From a virus (taxonomy: Duplodnaviria > Caudoviricetes): a stretch of DNA of 64,000 bases. This document shows, in pieces, positions 46,510-58,000 of this stretch. A program made the position numbers and the translations under genes. The stretch is from the IMG/VR virus record IMGVR_UViG_2786546475_000032, positions 39,048 to 103,047 of that record. One strand, 5' to 3'. The notes under the pieces are model-generated. The model was not told the origin of the DNA. It was given only the letters and a program-made list of their open reading frames with translations, and did not search any database. Position 1 is the stretch's first letter. Each line of letters begins with the position of its first letter.

Positions 46510-47385
46510 ATGCCTACATACACAACATTAGAACAGGTTAAATCAAAGCTTACTTCTACGAGAGGAGATCGGGTTAGATTTTCTCAAGAGTCTCTTGTTA
46601 ACGTTACGGTCAAGAGCCAGCTTTCGAGTAGGAAGTTTACCGAGAATACAGATTTAATCTTTGTTTATGATGATATAGTATTCTCATCATCTTTTTCAAG
46701 GTCTATGAATCTTGTTATAAAGTTTGACAATGGAAATAATACAGATTATTCTATATACGAACAATACTTGAGGACAGATCGAAGAGAGATGAAAATCGGA
46801 ACTTCAGACACCTCATCAAACCTTTCATTGTTTGGTGGGGATGTACAAATTCCAGCATCTTGTTGGTCAGGCGCTATCGCTGAAAATGATCAGGTTGAGC
46901 TGGAGATCGATACTCACATTTCCGAAGATTTGGCTGAGGATTATATTGATGAGACCGAAGATGAGATTGATAACATGCTTATTCAGGCTGGTATAGGCTA
47001 TCAAATTTCAGATGGCAAACTTTTTACAGCTTTGGATGTTCCAAACTTGATAGCGACCGCGACAACTTATTTAGCAGCTTATTATATCTATACCGATATC
47101 TTTTACGATAAGATGCGCGAAAAGTCCAAAGATGGTTATACAAGCTTCGCTGATAGATGGAAGAAGCGTGCCGAGAAATTAGTAACTTCTTACGCCAAGG
47201 CTAATTTGGTTTACTCAACCCCCGTAGTTATCTCTTTCCCGAGCGAGATAACCAAGTTTGGCGTCAAGGGTGTTCCTGAGTGGGATACAACCCAGGAAGG
47301 GGCTACAGATGATTATACGACGTTAACTGAGGATGAGGATAAATCCCAACTCATCTGGCGAGGAGAGGATTACATAGGTGATTAA
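46510..47385 (+). CDS. head-tail connector (neck) protein
   Basis: YTTLEQVK start, IDNML...Y..P..IATAT.YLAAY adaptor pattern. Confidence 0.6.
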   Translation: MPTYTTLEQVKSKLTSTRGDRVRFSQESLVNVTVKSQLSSRKFTENTDLIFVYDDIVFSSSFSRSMNLVIKFDNGNNTDYSIYEQYLRTDRREMKIGTSDTSSNLSLFGGDVQIPASCWSGAIAENDQVELEIDTHISEDLAEDYIDETEDEIDNMLIQAGIGYQISDGKLFTALDVPNLIATATTYLAAYYIYTDIFYDKMREKSKDGYTSFADRWKKRAEKLVTSYAKANLVYSTPVVISFPSEITKFGVKGVPEWDTTQEGATDDYTTLTEDEDKSQLIWRGEDYIGD

Positions 47386-47387
47386 AT

Positions 47388-48128
47388 ATGGCTGAGATTC
47401 AATTAGAACTAAAGCTCACGTCTGGCTTGACGGGTTTAGAACGTGGCTTGAGAAGATTGAATAAAGAGCTGGATTCTAAACTTAGAGATTTGTATACCAA
47501 AACATTTGGTACTTCAACTTCTTACGATGATTGGAAGAAGGGGAAGATAAATACAACCAAGAGTAAGTTAAAGAATGAAAGCCGTTTAGCCACATCTTTT
47601 TCTCAATCTTCTAGTATTGGTAAGCAACTTACAAAAATGTATGTTGATGCCTGGAAAAATAAATATGATAAAATCAGGCAGGATTACAAATCCGCTGATT
47701 CAGGATATAGAGATAAACAATGGTCCAAGTGGAAATCGAGAGGTAAAGGAAAATATCGAACGCCTCACTATCCAAACAGGCAGGTTAGATATTCAACCTG
47801 GGGCCTTACATCTGGTTATCTTCGCCAGTCTATCGAGCGGGGTTTTCAAAGCGGTGGCAATCGTCATCTCAAACTCGGTAACTTGCTAGTTCAGGGTGGT
47901 TTCGAACTTGATTGGGATTCATACCCAAAGCGTTCGGATGGTAGAGTTCACTATAGAGAATTCGTAGATCACCTTGTTAGATTGGGTGTACTAGCTGATG
48001 AGGAAGAGTTTATAAATTTCTTACCTTCAGATTGGCAACGAATAGCTAATTACATGTTTTATCTTATAGAGAATAACTTTGTGGATAATATTGATGATAT
48101 TTTAGATACTATCTCTATAAAGATTTAA
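47388..48128 (+). CDS. virion morphogenesis / neck protein
   Basis: SGYLRQSI motif; position. Confidence 0.5.
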   Translation: MAEIQLELKLTSGLTGLERGLRRLNKELDSKLRDLYTKTFGTSTSYDDWKKGKINTTKSKLKNESRLATSFSQSSSIGKQLTKMYVDAWKNKYDKIRQDYKSADSGYRDKQWSKWKSRGKGKYRTPHYPNRQVRYSTWGLTSGYLRQSIERGFQSGGNRHLKLGNLLVQGGFELDWDSYPKRSDGRVHYREFVDHLVRLGVLADEEEFINFLPSDWQRIANYMFYLIENNFVDNIDDILDTISIKI

Positions 48129-48137
48129 GGAGGATGA

Positions 48138-48698
48138 ATGGCTAGACACCTTAGAGCAGAAGATGTATTTAACTATGAAGAAACTCATAGAGGTATCTTT
48201 AATAATATAGAAGCTAACTTAATTTCGGTGATTCGAGAGGGGTTTGAGGAGAATGAGCTATTACAGGGTTTAACCCCTAATACTTATATCAATGATAACC
48301 CCAAACACTTATCACTGAGTTTTTCAGATCTCCCAGCTTGTTGCGCTTGGACAGACGGTAAAACTGGTACTGTCAAAACAGCTGGTCAGGGAAGATCTGG
48401 TAAATCACATAATGAAGAAGAGAGTTTTTACGCGAATGTAGAAATTGTTCATTCTTCTATCGACGAAAGAGATTCTAGGATGGATGTGAAAACTATAGCT
48501 GCTGGTTTAGACCAAGTGCTTAGAGAAAACAGTACACTCAATGGGTTATTTAACGCTCACTGTGAGATTGTTGAAAGTACCGTGCTTCCTACTAACCATA
48601 TCATAGACGATCGGCTTGAGCCGGTTAACTGTGTAACCTTTAGAATAATTTACAGAAAAACTAGAAAAACAGTTACCGCCAGTCATATAAGGAGGTAG
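48138..48698 (+). CDS. tail terminator-like protein
   Basis: DLPAC, LRENSTLNG; precedes tail tube gene. Confidence 0.55.
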   Translation: MARHLRAEDVFNYEETHRGIFNNIEANLISVIREGFEENELLQGLTPNTYINDNPKHLSLSFSDLPACCAWTDGKTGTVKTAGQGRSGKSHNEEESFYANVEIVHSSIDERDSRMDVKTIAAGLDQVLRENSTLNGLFNAHCEIVESTVLPTNHIIDDRLEPVNCVTFRIIYRKTRKTVTASHIRR

Positions 48699-48717
48699 CT
48701 GAAAAGGAGAGTAAAAA

Positions 48718-50568
48718 GTGGCATATTCAACTAGTCCGGCGACTGGTGCTCGTGGTCAAATTGCTATTGGTGAGCAAACAGACTTTCGAACATTTGTTCA
48801 GCCAACGCATATTATTGATTTCTTATCAGAATCATTATCGGCTTCCGAGAACGTACTACAGTCGGAGGCAATTCGTTCTGATAGGGGTAGACACAAATTA
48901 ATTCGTGGTACTCTTGATATCCAGGGTGATATCAACTTTGAACATAGCGCCGAAGGTTATGGTATGTTGCTTAGACATGCTCTCGGTGATTATGTTAAAA
49001 TTTCTAATGTAGATGGTGGTATCCATGCACGTTGCGCAACCGCTGAAGGTGGGGAGCAAATCTTAGACGCCGCTGAACACGCTAATGATGGTGCTGAAAT
49101 TATCGTTCTAGCGAATGAGACTAACATCTTATTCCCTATGGAGGGTAGTGATCTCATGACGATGGTTTATCGTGATGATGATGATGTTTTGCAATCTACT
49201 ACAAGTATCGGTTATGATGGTCATGATATTTACAGTGTTTCTTATGTAAGCGCTGCGCCAACCGATCCTGATAATACTTATACGGGCTACTCTTCAGAAT
49301 CAGTTGTTTCAATTGTTGTTGCGCCTGTTGTTGATGGTGATGGTAACGAAACTAACCTACCATTCAACCCTGAAGGTGGTGTGATTCTTTATGGTCAGTC
49401 TCGTACTTCAATGAGATACTTTGAACCTACCGATCTTGGCGCTGGTAACGGAACAAGACTTTACCTTGATCCTTCACAAGCAACCGTTGGTGATTCTTCT
49501 ACATACCCTGCCGAAGATGATGTGATTATTGGTTTACCATGTTTCACAAGTGTCGCGGGTTTTGGTTCACCTACTGGTCTTAGAAAAGGTGCTTTCTTCT
49601 ATCACGAGTCAACCGATTACACATCTGGTGGGGCAACAGCTTATGTTCACCACTTGGAGCGTGGTCGAGAACTCCCTACTTCTGGTCTAACTGTTGAAGT
49701 AGATAGGGATGCTGCAATCTTCCTCTACGGTGGTTGTAAGGTTAACACTCTTACAGTTAACTTTGAAACGAACAGTTTTGTGACTGGTACTTTCTCACTC
49801 GTTGGTCGAGAAGAGCTTTCAATTGCGGAGCTAGCTTATGATGTAATCCCTGGTGCTACAGAAATCTATGTTGATGATTCTCAAGCTCCATTATTCAATA
49901 CTTCTGGTGGGGAGATCAGTATTGGTGAGCGAACAGGTATTACGTATACGACTGTTGAAGAGGATTACTCATCAACTGGAAAAACCAGGATTTCAGGTAT
50001 CCCCGCAAGTGGTGCAGCCGCTATCGACCGTGTTGCTGTAGCTGGTACTAACGTTGATGTGAGAACTTCAACAGCTGTATCTAGCCCGTACAGTTCAGAA
50101 GCATCACCTCTTACATCATTCGAGACTTTGGTCTACATTGATGGTGCATACGAGGAGGCTCTATCAGGTTCCGTAACACTTAACAACAACTTGAACACTG
50201 ATAAGTTCGGTTTGGGTTCACGTTATCGTTTGGGTCTTGTTGAAGAGCAAGCTGAAGTCGAGGCTTCACTCAACTTGGAATTTGATGATGGTAAGAACTA
50301 TGTTAAATTCATCAATGGTACTTTCTTCACTCTAGAATTCAAGTCAGTTTCTACTGCCTCCGATTCAGAGATTGGTACAACTGGTGTTTTGAAGCAGGCT
50401 TACTACTTCCTTCCCAAGTGTAAGTACGATGGTACAACTCCGAACATCGAAGGTGTTCAGTATATCACTCACGATAACCCGATTACGGCGATTGTCGATG
50501 ACGAACTTTCTACAAGGGATCTTATCGTTATCTTGTGTAACGAAGAGACCAATGATGTAGAAGCTTAA
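48718..50568 (+). CDS. major tail tube protein with inserted accessory domains
   Basis: FLSESL..SEAIR..R..GDI, YGGCKVNTL, LNNNL motifs; 616 aa; followed by terminator. Confidence 0.8.
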   Translation: MAYSTSPATGARGQIAIGEQTDFRTFVQPTHIIDFLSESLSASENVLQSEAIRSDRGRHKLIRGTLDIQGDINFEHSAEGYGMLLRHALGDYVKISNVDGGIHARCATAEGGEQILDAAEHANDGAEIIVLANETNILFPMEGSDLMTMVYRDDDDVLQSTTSIGYDGHDIYSVSYVSAAPTDPDNTYTGYSSESVVSIVVAPVVDGDGNETNLPFNPEGGVILYGQSRTSMRYFEPTDLGAGNGTRLYLDPSQATVGDSSTYPAEDDVIIGLPCFTSVAGFGSPTGLRKGAFFYHESTDYTSGGATAYVHHLERGRELPTSGLTVEVDRDAAIFLYGGCKVNTLTVNFETNSFVTGTFSLVGREELSIAELAYDVIPGATEIYVDDSQAPLFNTSGGEISIGERTGITYTTVEEDYSSTGKTRISGIPASGAAAIDRVAVAGTNVDVRTSTAVSSPYSSEASPLTSFETLVYIDGAYEEALSGSVTLNNNLNTDKFGLGSRYRLGLVEEQAEVEASLNLEFDDGKNYVKFINGTFFTLEFKSVSTASDSEIGTTGVLKQAYYFLPKCKYDGTTPNIEGVQYITHDNPITAIVDDELSTRDLIVILCNEETNDVEA

Positions 50569-50585
50569 TTTAACACTTCCTCCAT

Positions 50586-50621
50586 CCACCCTCTAGGATT
50601 AATTTCTTAGGGGGTGGTTTT
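50586..50621 (+). terminator. intrinsic terminator
   Basis: CCACCCTCTA...TAGGGGGTGG then TTTT. Confidence 0.7.
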
Positions 50622-50630
50622 GTTAGCGAG

Positions 50631-50672
50631 AGTTTGCTATCGAAACTTAGTTTTGGTAGAGTAATCTTATCG
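50631..50672 (+). promoter_or_regulatory. candidate late promoter, copy 2
   Basis: Same as 36639-36680. Confidence 0.65.
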
Positions 50673-50720
50673 TGAAAATCACGAATCGATTGTTTTGAAA
50701 ATTTAATTTAACTAAGCAAA

Positions 50721-51140
50721 ATGGAGGTTACGATGTTAAAGGTTGTCAGAAAGAAAGGTCCAGAAAGTTACGTTCCCAAGTCAGAACGAGATCTACCAAA
50801 AGAAGAGCAGACTGTTATTATTATGAAGCCCCTTGGTGTTCGTAAGAGTAAACAGATTGAAGACTCCGCTATCGTCGTCGATGATGGAAAGGTGGCTGGT
50901 TTCATGGCTAACACGATGCAGCTAGATAAAGTTCTAGCGATGATGTCTGGTTGGCATAACGTAGCTATTGAAAGCGCTGAAGGGCTTGTTCAAGTTCCCT
51001 TCGATCCTTCTGAGAAAGAGGAGATGTTTGAGATGTTGCCTGAAGAGTGGCAAAAAGAGCTTATTGAAGAGTATGGTTCCGATTCTAAAAATAGTGACAA
51101 AAAGGTAGCAAAGCCTGAATTGGTCACGACTGGTCAATGA
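50721..51140 (+). CDS. tail assembly chaperone
   Basis: Between tube and tape measure genes; MSGWHNV motif. Confidence 0.65.
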   Translation: MEVTMLKVVRKKGPESYVPKSERDLPKEEQTVIIMKPLGVRKSKQIEDSAIVVDDGKVAGFMANTMQLDKVLAMMSGWHNVAIESAEGLVQVPFDPSEKEEMFEMLPEEWQKELIEEYGSDSKNSDKKVAKPELVTTGQ

Positions 51141-51144
51141 TTCA

Positions 51145-51178
51145 AAAGCCGCTACCAAATTTGGTAGCGGCTTTTTTT
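51145..51178 (+). terminator. intrinsic terminator
   Basis: AGCCGCTACCA-AATT-TGGTAGCGGCT then T-tract. Confidence 0.85.
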
Positions 51179-51189
51179 ATTGGTGTTTT

Positions 51190-51243
51190 ATGAGTAATAA
51201 ATTAGGAGATTTTGTAATGAGTAATAAATTAGGAGATTTTGTA
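51190..51243 (+). repeat. 27-bp perfect tandem duplication at gene start
   Basis: ATGAGTAATAAATTAGGAGATTTTGTA twice. Confidence 0.95.
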
Positions 51244-52059
51244 AGAGAGTATAACTACCGAGATTTAGGCATCTTCTATCTAAGAGGTTTAACTGTCGGT
51301 GAGTATATGGATTTATCAGATGGTGGATTTCTTTATGATAAAACCATCGGCAACAATATTTTTATAAAGATAGCTCTTTCGTGTATTGTAGGTTGGGAAG
51401 AGTTGTATTACGAAGAAGATGGAAGATATTTGGAATACGAATACTCCGAAGAGAATAAAGAGTATTTAGAATCGGAATGGCTTATAGAAATTGGTCAGTA
51501 TGCTTATTATAACTTGAGTACTATTACAGAAGAAGAGCTTAATTATCTAAAAGGTTATGTCAGATTTATGCATTATCTTTCCGATGATAAAAACAAAGAA
51601 AAATCTAAATACTTTGAATGTGAGACTTGTGTTCAATTTAATGCTTACGCCGCTAAAAAGTGTGGTCGTTCAACCGAAGAGATAGAAGCTATAAAGAAGA
51701 AACTCGGGAAGGTTGATTCTAACGGGGAGAGTAAGAATGACGTTGTTGATAAGCTAAATAAATACAAAAGATCTAAAAATAGATCATCAACAAATAAAAA
51801 ATCGAAACCAAAAGAGACCACACTCTATCTGGAGAAGTTTGATTTCCCAGAATGCCCGGTTTCATGGATTCCCAAACACCTACAAGATTGGGGTAGTAGA
51901 TTATTCCACTGTGATAAAAATGATGTGTTATTTTTCTCAGGTGGTTTAAAAGATCAACAAAATAGAATATTCGAGATGCAAAGACTTATCACTTCTGAAT
52001 CCAATATTATAGAGGGTGAGAAGATGAAAGAGGATATGAAGAACAACAAAAATAAATAA
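51190..52059 (+). CDS. second tail assembly chaperone-like protein
   Basis: IVGWEEL, CxxC, CP, GGLKDQ motifs; precedes tape measure gene. Confidence 0.6.
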   Translation: MSNKLGDFVMSNKLGDFVREYNYRDLGIFYLRGLTVGEYMDLSDGGFLYDKTIGNNIFIKIALSCIVGWEELYYEEDGRYLEYEYSEENKEYLESEWLIEIGQYAYYNLSTITEEELNYLKGYVRFMHYLSDDKNKEKSKYFECETCVQFNAYAAKKCGRSTEEIEAIKKKLGKVDSNGESKNDVVDKLNKYKRSKNRSSTNKKSKPKETTLYLEKFDFPECPVSWIPKHLQDWGSRLFHCDKNDVLFFSGGLKDQQNRIFEMQRLITSESNIIEGEKMKEDMKNNKNK

Positions 52060-52070
52060 GGAGTTTAAAG

Positions 52071-55000
52071 ATGGCTGAACAAGTTCAGGTAGGAGTAATC
52101 CTAAATCTTCAAGGTATTGAAAATATTGATGAGGCTCAGAAGGAGCTTTCCAAGTTTTTCAAGGATATCAATGTAGGCGATGGTCTCAACATTGGTATTG
52201 ATAAGAATGCCTTGAAGCAGTTTCAAAAAGTAGTTCAGCAGTTCTTAGAGAGCATTAATAAATTCCAGAAGACGGTCCAAAAAGAAAAGCTAGAAGTGAG
52301 TATTGCTGACGGTGATATTCAGAAGATGAAGCGAGCTATCGAGCAAGCTTTCCAAGAGGCTCTTTCTAAGATTGGAAAATCGACTGGGAAAATCGCTGCC
52401 AAGACTGCGCCGGTAAATGCAACAACCAAGCAAGGCTTAAATCAGGTTAATAATAGCCCTAATGACAAGGTGGCGACCGCTCAACTAGAGCGCGTGGCTG
52501 ATCAGGTGAAGAGAGAAATTGCGACGCTTCAGCGGGTTACTAGAGAGATAGGGGTCGAGCAAGATAAAGTCATTCAGGAAATTTCTACAGCTTTGGGTCG
52601 TGATGTATACGATGGCTTCGCATCATTCACGAGAGAAGCTTCAAAGAAGATCACTGAAGATCTAGCAGGTGTCCAAAGATCCGCTCTAGAGCAGTACACC
52701 AAGATCTCACAGGCTCGTGAAAAAGCTTTCGCTGAGATTAGAGGTGGTGCAGATCGAGAAACGACGAAAGTTTTGATGGCGGAGATTGATCTACTGGATA
52801 ATAGTTATTTACCAGTAATTAAAGATATCATCTCTCAAACCGAAGTTCAAAGACGCGCTATCAAAAGAAGGGACGAAGCAGCCAAAGAGTCTCTCAAGAT
52901 TGATGAGCGTAGGACTGAGCGCCTAAAAGAAGTGAGAGCTTTTAATAACCAAGCGGCTCAATCTGTTAAACAGCTTGTTGATTCTTTTGACGCTAACGCT
53001 GCGGCACAAACTACTCAACAGTTTGCTAGGTTAGGCGACAAGATTAACAATGATATCAAGTCTTTACAAAGATTTAAATCATTAAATGAAGAGTTTCTAA
53101 AGTCTTCATCGGGTGAGATTGAGAATCTCGGTAGAGCTTTAGGGTTGAGAGGTAAGAATCTCGAAGCTTTAAAGAAGATTGAGGATGTGCAGGGTTCTAT
53201 TGCTAAATTAGCAAACCTTGCTAGGGAAGGTGGTGGTTCCGCTCCTTCAAGAGAGCAGTTCCAAACATACAAACAGTTAGTCGCGTCAATTAATTTTTAC
53301 CGTGATGCGATCGAAAGGGCCGAACAAGATACAGAAGAGTTCGTTGCTAATTCGAATAAGGTGAGAACTCTAACTGGTCAATTCAGGGACTTCACAAAGA
53401 TTTCAAAGGATCTCGCTCAAGCTAGAAGTGAATTCGGTAGATTTACCGCACAATTGAACGGAACTGATGAAGAGGCTAGAGAAGCTGCTATCTCATTGCT
53501 AAAGTTGGGTAACGATACTCAAACAGCGAATGATAAAATTCGTCGTATGGTAGCGAGCATCCAACAACTAGCTGCCACAGAAGGCCACCTATCATCTGAA
53601 AACGAAGATCTTTTAAGAGGTCTAAAGCAGATGGAGAAAGAGTTTACCTTTATGGGTAACTCGGTGAGAAACGTTCGTGGTGAGATGAAGAATCTCATCA
53701 ATAACGTCGATCTTGCAGGTAAGAGATTCAGTCTTTATAACGAAGACCTTGCTAAGTCCATCGTTCAACAGTTTAGGTTTATTAACGCGCTCACAATCGT
53801 ATCTTCTGTGATGTTCGGTTTGAGGACAGCGTTCTTCGAGCTAAATGAAGAATCGAGAGTTCTCGCTCGTACATTCACGGTTATGCAATCTTCAGCACAA
53901 TCATTCGCTGAAGTACAAGCAACAGTTAGGAGAGAAGTTCAACAGACAGCTATTGAATTTGGTGAGTCAGTAGAGACTACGGCAGAAGTTGTCAAGCAGT
54001 TGGGTTCCGCTGGTTTCTCAGCTGAGACTTCTTTAGCAGCTTTACGTTCAACGATGCAATTGGTTATCGCTACACAAGCTGATGCCGAAGCTTCAACTAG
54101 AACTATCGCTGGTATCTACAGAATCTTTGGTGATCAAATCCGTGGTACAGGAAACGATCTAACAGCTTTCCGAACTATTAACGATGTATTGATTTCAGTC
54201 TATAGAAATCACCAAGTCGAATTAGATGAATTAAATCAAGGTTTTAAATTCTCGGCTGCTGCTGCTCAAGCTGCTGGTTTCACATTCCAAGAGACTGCTG
54301 CATTCCTAGCTGTTCTCAATGATAACATGATCAAATCCGGTACAGCTGGTAGAGGTCTTCAGGTTATCTTTGCTCAGTTGGCGAATAAGACTGATCAGTT
54401 TGCTGAAGCGTTTAACATCGATATTGATAAAGACTCTCCATTGAACGAACAATTCGTATCCATTCTGGAGCAAGTTAATCGTCAGATGGGTAACGGTGCT
54501 TTATCAGTTGCCGAACTTGAAAAGCAATTTAAAGTATTCGGTCTTCGTGGTGCACGCTCATTCATTACTCTTGCAAAGCAATTCACACAAGTTGAAAAAG
54601 CGCTTACTGAGTTAAATGATGAAGCTGATGGTACAGCGGATAGACTATCAGGGATTGTTGAGAACTCTCTTAACAAACAGTTTGAATCAGCTAAACAGGC
54701 GTTGATCGATATCGCTCGTTTAGGTGTTGAGCCTCTCACTGACGCATTATCTATCGCGGCGAATACATTAAAAGGTTTCTCAGAATTCTTCAGGAATTTT
54801 GAAGGTGCTAATGTTATTGTTGTGTTAGGTTTAGTCACGGGTGGTTTGGTTGTTATGATCCAAACGATTTTGGCTGTCTTGAGAATTTTTGCAGCTATGG
54901 GTGCTGAATTGCGCGCTGTAGCAGTTGCTAGTGTTGCTTCAGCCGAAGCTATCGAAGCTTTGGGGAATGAGCAGTTAGAAGCTGCTGGTAAAACAGCTAT

Positions 55001-58000
55001 TAATAACGCTGAATTAGCTAAACAAGGGGCTATCCTCGAAAAGACATCGAGTCAGACTGGCAAGCTAGCTTCTGCTAGCGGTTTCTTAGCTGGTAAAGGT
55101 GGTCTATTAACTGTTTTAGCTGGTGCGGTTGCTTTGGGTACTATCGCTTGGACATCTTACAACAGTTCCTTGCTAAGAACTAGAAAGAATTTAAGAGAGT
55201 TAGGTACTCAAGTTCAGGATATAAATAATAGTACTAAAAAGCTAACAGAATTTACGAATGAACTTAATGATATTCAAAATAAGCTCGACAACTCTGCTAT
55301 TGATACTGAAGTAGCGGGTCAAAAGATTGTTCAGGCTTATAATAAGGTTGGTAGCAATCTTGTTTCGGACGCCAAGATCGTTACCAAAACGAATTCTGAG
55401 ATCGTAGAATCTTTTAGAGAGCTTAAAGCTGAGGCTGAAAGTTTAGCTAATACTAAAATAGATTTAAATAATCAAAGTTTGGAGAGTTATAGAATTCAAT
55501 TACAAGCTTTGACTTCCGAAGAATTTTCTAAAGAACTCGGGATTGATACTAATATTTTTGGTAAAAGAGATACTGCCAATATAGCCCTATCTATCGAGAA
55601 TATAGATGATTTGGATGAAGCTGCTAACGATATCCAAAGAATTGAAAATAGAATAAATGATGTCATCGCAACAAGGAAGTCTGAAGATAAGTTATTTGAC
55701 AGACCACTTTTTGATAGAGATTTCGATCTTCTTGAGAATGAGTTGGCGGAGGCTCGGAAGCGTTTTGAGTTTTTAAGTCAAGGTCAAGGTACGTTAAGAA
55801 AGTTTAATGAACAAATTGATAAAGCTATATTGCAATTTGGTGATGTTAATGAGGCTGTTGAGTTTTTAAGAGGTAATGTTAGAAGGTTAGCCTTGGATGG
55901 GGACGAATCGTTAGCTGCTGCTTTAGATAAGGTTTTAGATGCTAGATTAACGAGGTTCGAGACGAAAGGTTTAAACTTGGTTAATCCTGAAGATGTCGAT
56001 CTTCTAAACCAAGCTGTCGGTCCTATGCAACAGATTGTTCTTTTAGCGAATGCACCATTCGATAATAGTGTGTTTAATCAAGCTAGGGAACAAATTTTAG
56101 ATGCCGCTGAAGCGGCAGAACAAACCCGTCAAGAGTTTGTAAGCTTGAATGAAACCCTAGATCTTCAAACCAATGAAGGTCGTTCTAGGGAGTTTAAGAA
56201 GATTTTAGAGGATCAGTTTGATCTTTCAGATTTCACTTCTCTAGACGGTTTCACCAGATTACTTGGTACAGCTGCCGATTTTGAAGCTGAACTCCAAAAG
56301 GACATCGCTTCAGGTTTAAATAAGAGAGTTCAATTCACCAGCCAAAGCTTCGCTGAGACTTTAACTGCTTCACTAAAAAGCACTTCACCATCAGAACAGG
56401 CTGCGGTATTGAATGCTCTTAATGACTTGCTCCCTAAGAAGCTCAAGTTTAGCAAGGCTGAAATTCTAAAGCAATTAGAAGGTGGTATTAGTGAGTCCGA
56501 AGCTAGAGAGATTTCAAATAGACTTTTCGAAGGGGTAAACCTTCAAGGTTTAGCTGATAGCTCTTTCAAACTCTTGACAGCTGATGGGAACCAGTTCTTG
56601 AAGGTTGTTTCCGCTATTGCTGAATCAACTGGTCAAGGTGCTGCGTTTATGAAGATCTTTACGAATAACGTTAAAGATGATACGGTTCAAAGTAAGTTAG
56701 ATCAGACGAATCAGAGTTATGAAAAGCTTGTTGATAATATCAAGAGTGCTATTTTCGCTCTCAACAACTTCAATGAGATTGGTAATCTTAGAGCGCAAGC
56801 TAGACAGATTCGTCAGGTATTCTTGGTTCTTAGCGATTCTACGGGATCGACTATCGAAGAGTTACAGGCGAAGTATGTAACCGTTTTGGATAAACTCGGA
56901 AAGCGTAGGGAAGCATTAAAGGCGACTGGTGAGTCTCAAGCTGACGATACTCAAATCAAAAACTTACAGTTGGAGTCTCAACAACTTCGAGAGCAACTTC
57001 AAAGACTTGCTGATATCAATAAGATTTACAAGCAAATCACTGATAAGATTACTGCTAGCGCGACAGCGTTGAGGAGAACTAATCAGCAAACGATTTTCCT
57101 TGCAAAACAATATCAGGCTCAAGGTGCGGAGTTAGCTTACCAAACTGAGGTTATCGCTGAAAACTTAAATCTAGAAATTCAACTTCTAAAAGAGACCGAG
57201 GCTCTAAATGGGTCTTATGATGAATCTCTAGACGCTTTAAATTCATTATCCGAAAAGTATAATGAAATTCTAGAAACAGTAGCTCAGTTGAGAGAGTTGG
57301 AGTTTGATTTAGCTCAGACTAGGTTCGATACTTTAGCTACTTTGGAAAAGATTATTTCAGCTGATAACAAACTCGCTGACGCAGAATTCAGAATTCTATC
57401 AGCTAGTAACACCATCGCTGACGCTCAAGCTAGAATCAATGCTTTGAAAAGAGACTCTCTACGTGATTCTACAGAGTTAGTCGAACAACAGAATAGGCAG
57501 GCTCAAGCTCTCTTGGATATCTTCGAGATTTTTAAAGATATTGAGGAGAAAGAGAAGAAGATTGCCAAGTTTGCAGACGATCGTTTGAACACGTTAAAGA
57601 GTATAAGAAACATTGTATCAGAACAGTCCGACTCGTTCGCTGATACTTTGAAAGATATTCTCAAGAGTGAGTTCGATACGAACAAGTTGGAAACAGCTTT
57701 GAAGATCGCTGATAAATTAGGAGTGTCTTATTCTGAAGTCCTCGCTAAACCAGATCAGTTCATTGATAGGGTTGTCGAGGGTGTGGAGGCTGGAAACATA
57801 AGATTGGATAACTTTGGAAACAGGGTTACGAAGATCGGTGATGAACTCACGAAGGTTTCAGCGTCTACAAGAGACTTTAACAAAAACATCAAAGATATCC
57901 AAACCGCCAAGTATGAAGGTCTTGTTGTTCTAGCTCAAGACTTGATCAGGAGGGGTAATCTAGAAGAGGCTTCAGGTTTGTTCAGTCAAATCGATCAGTC

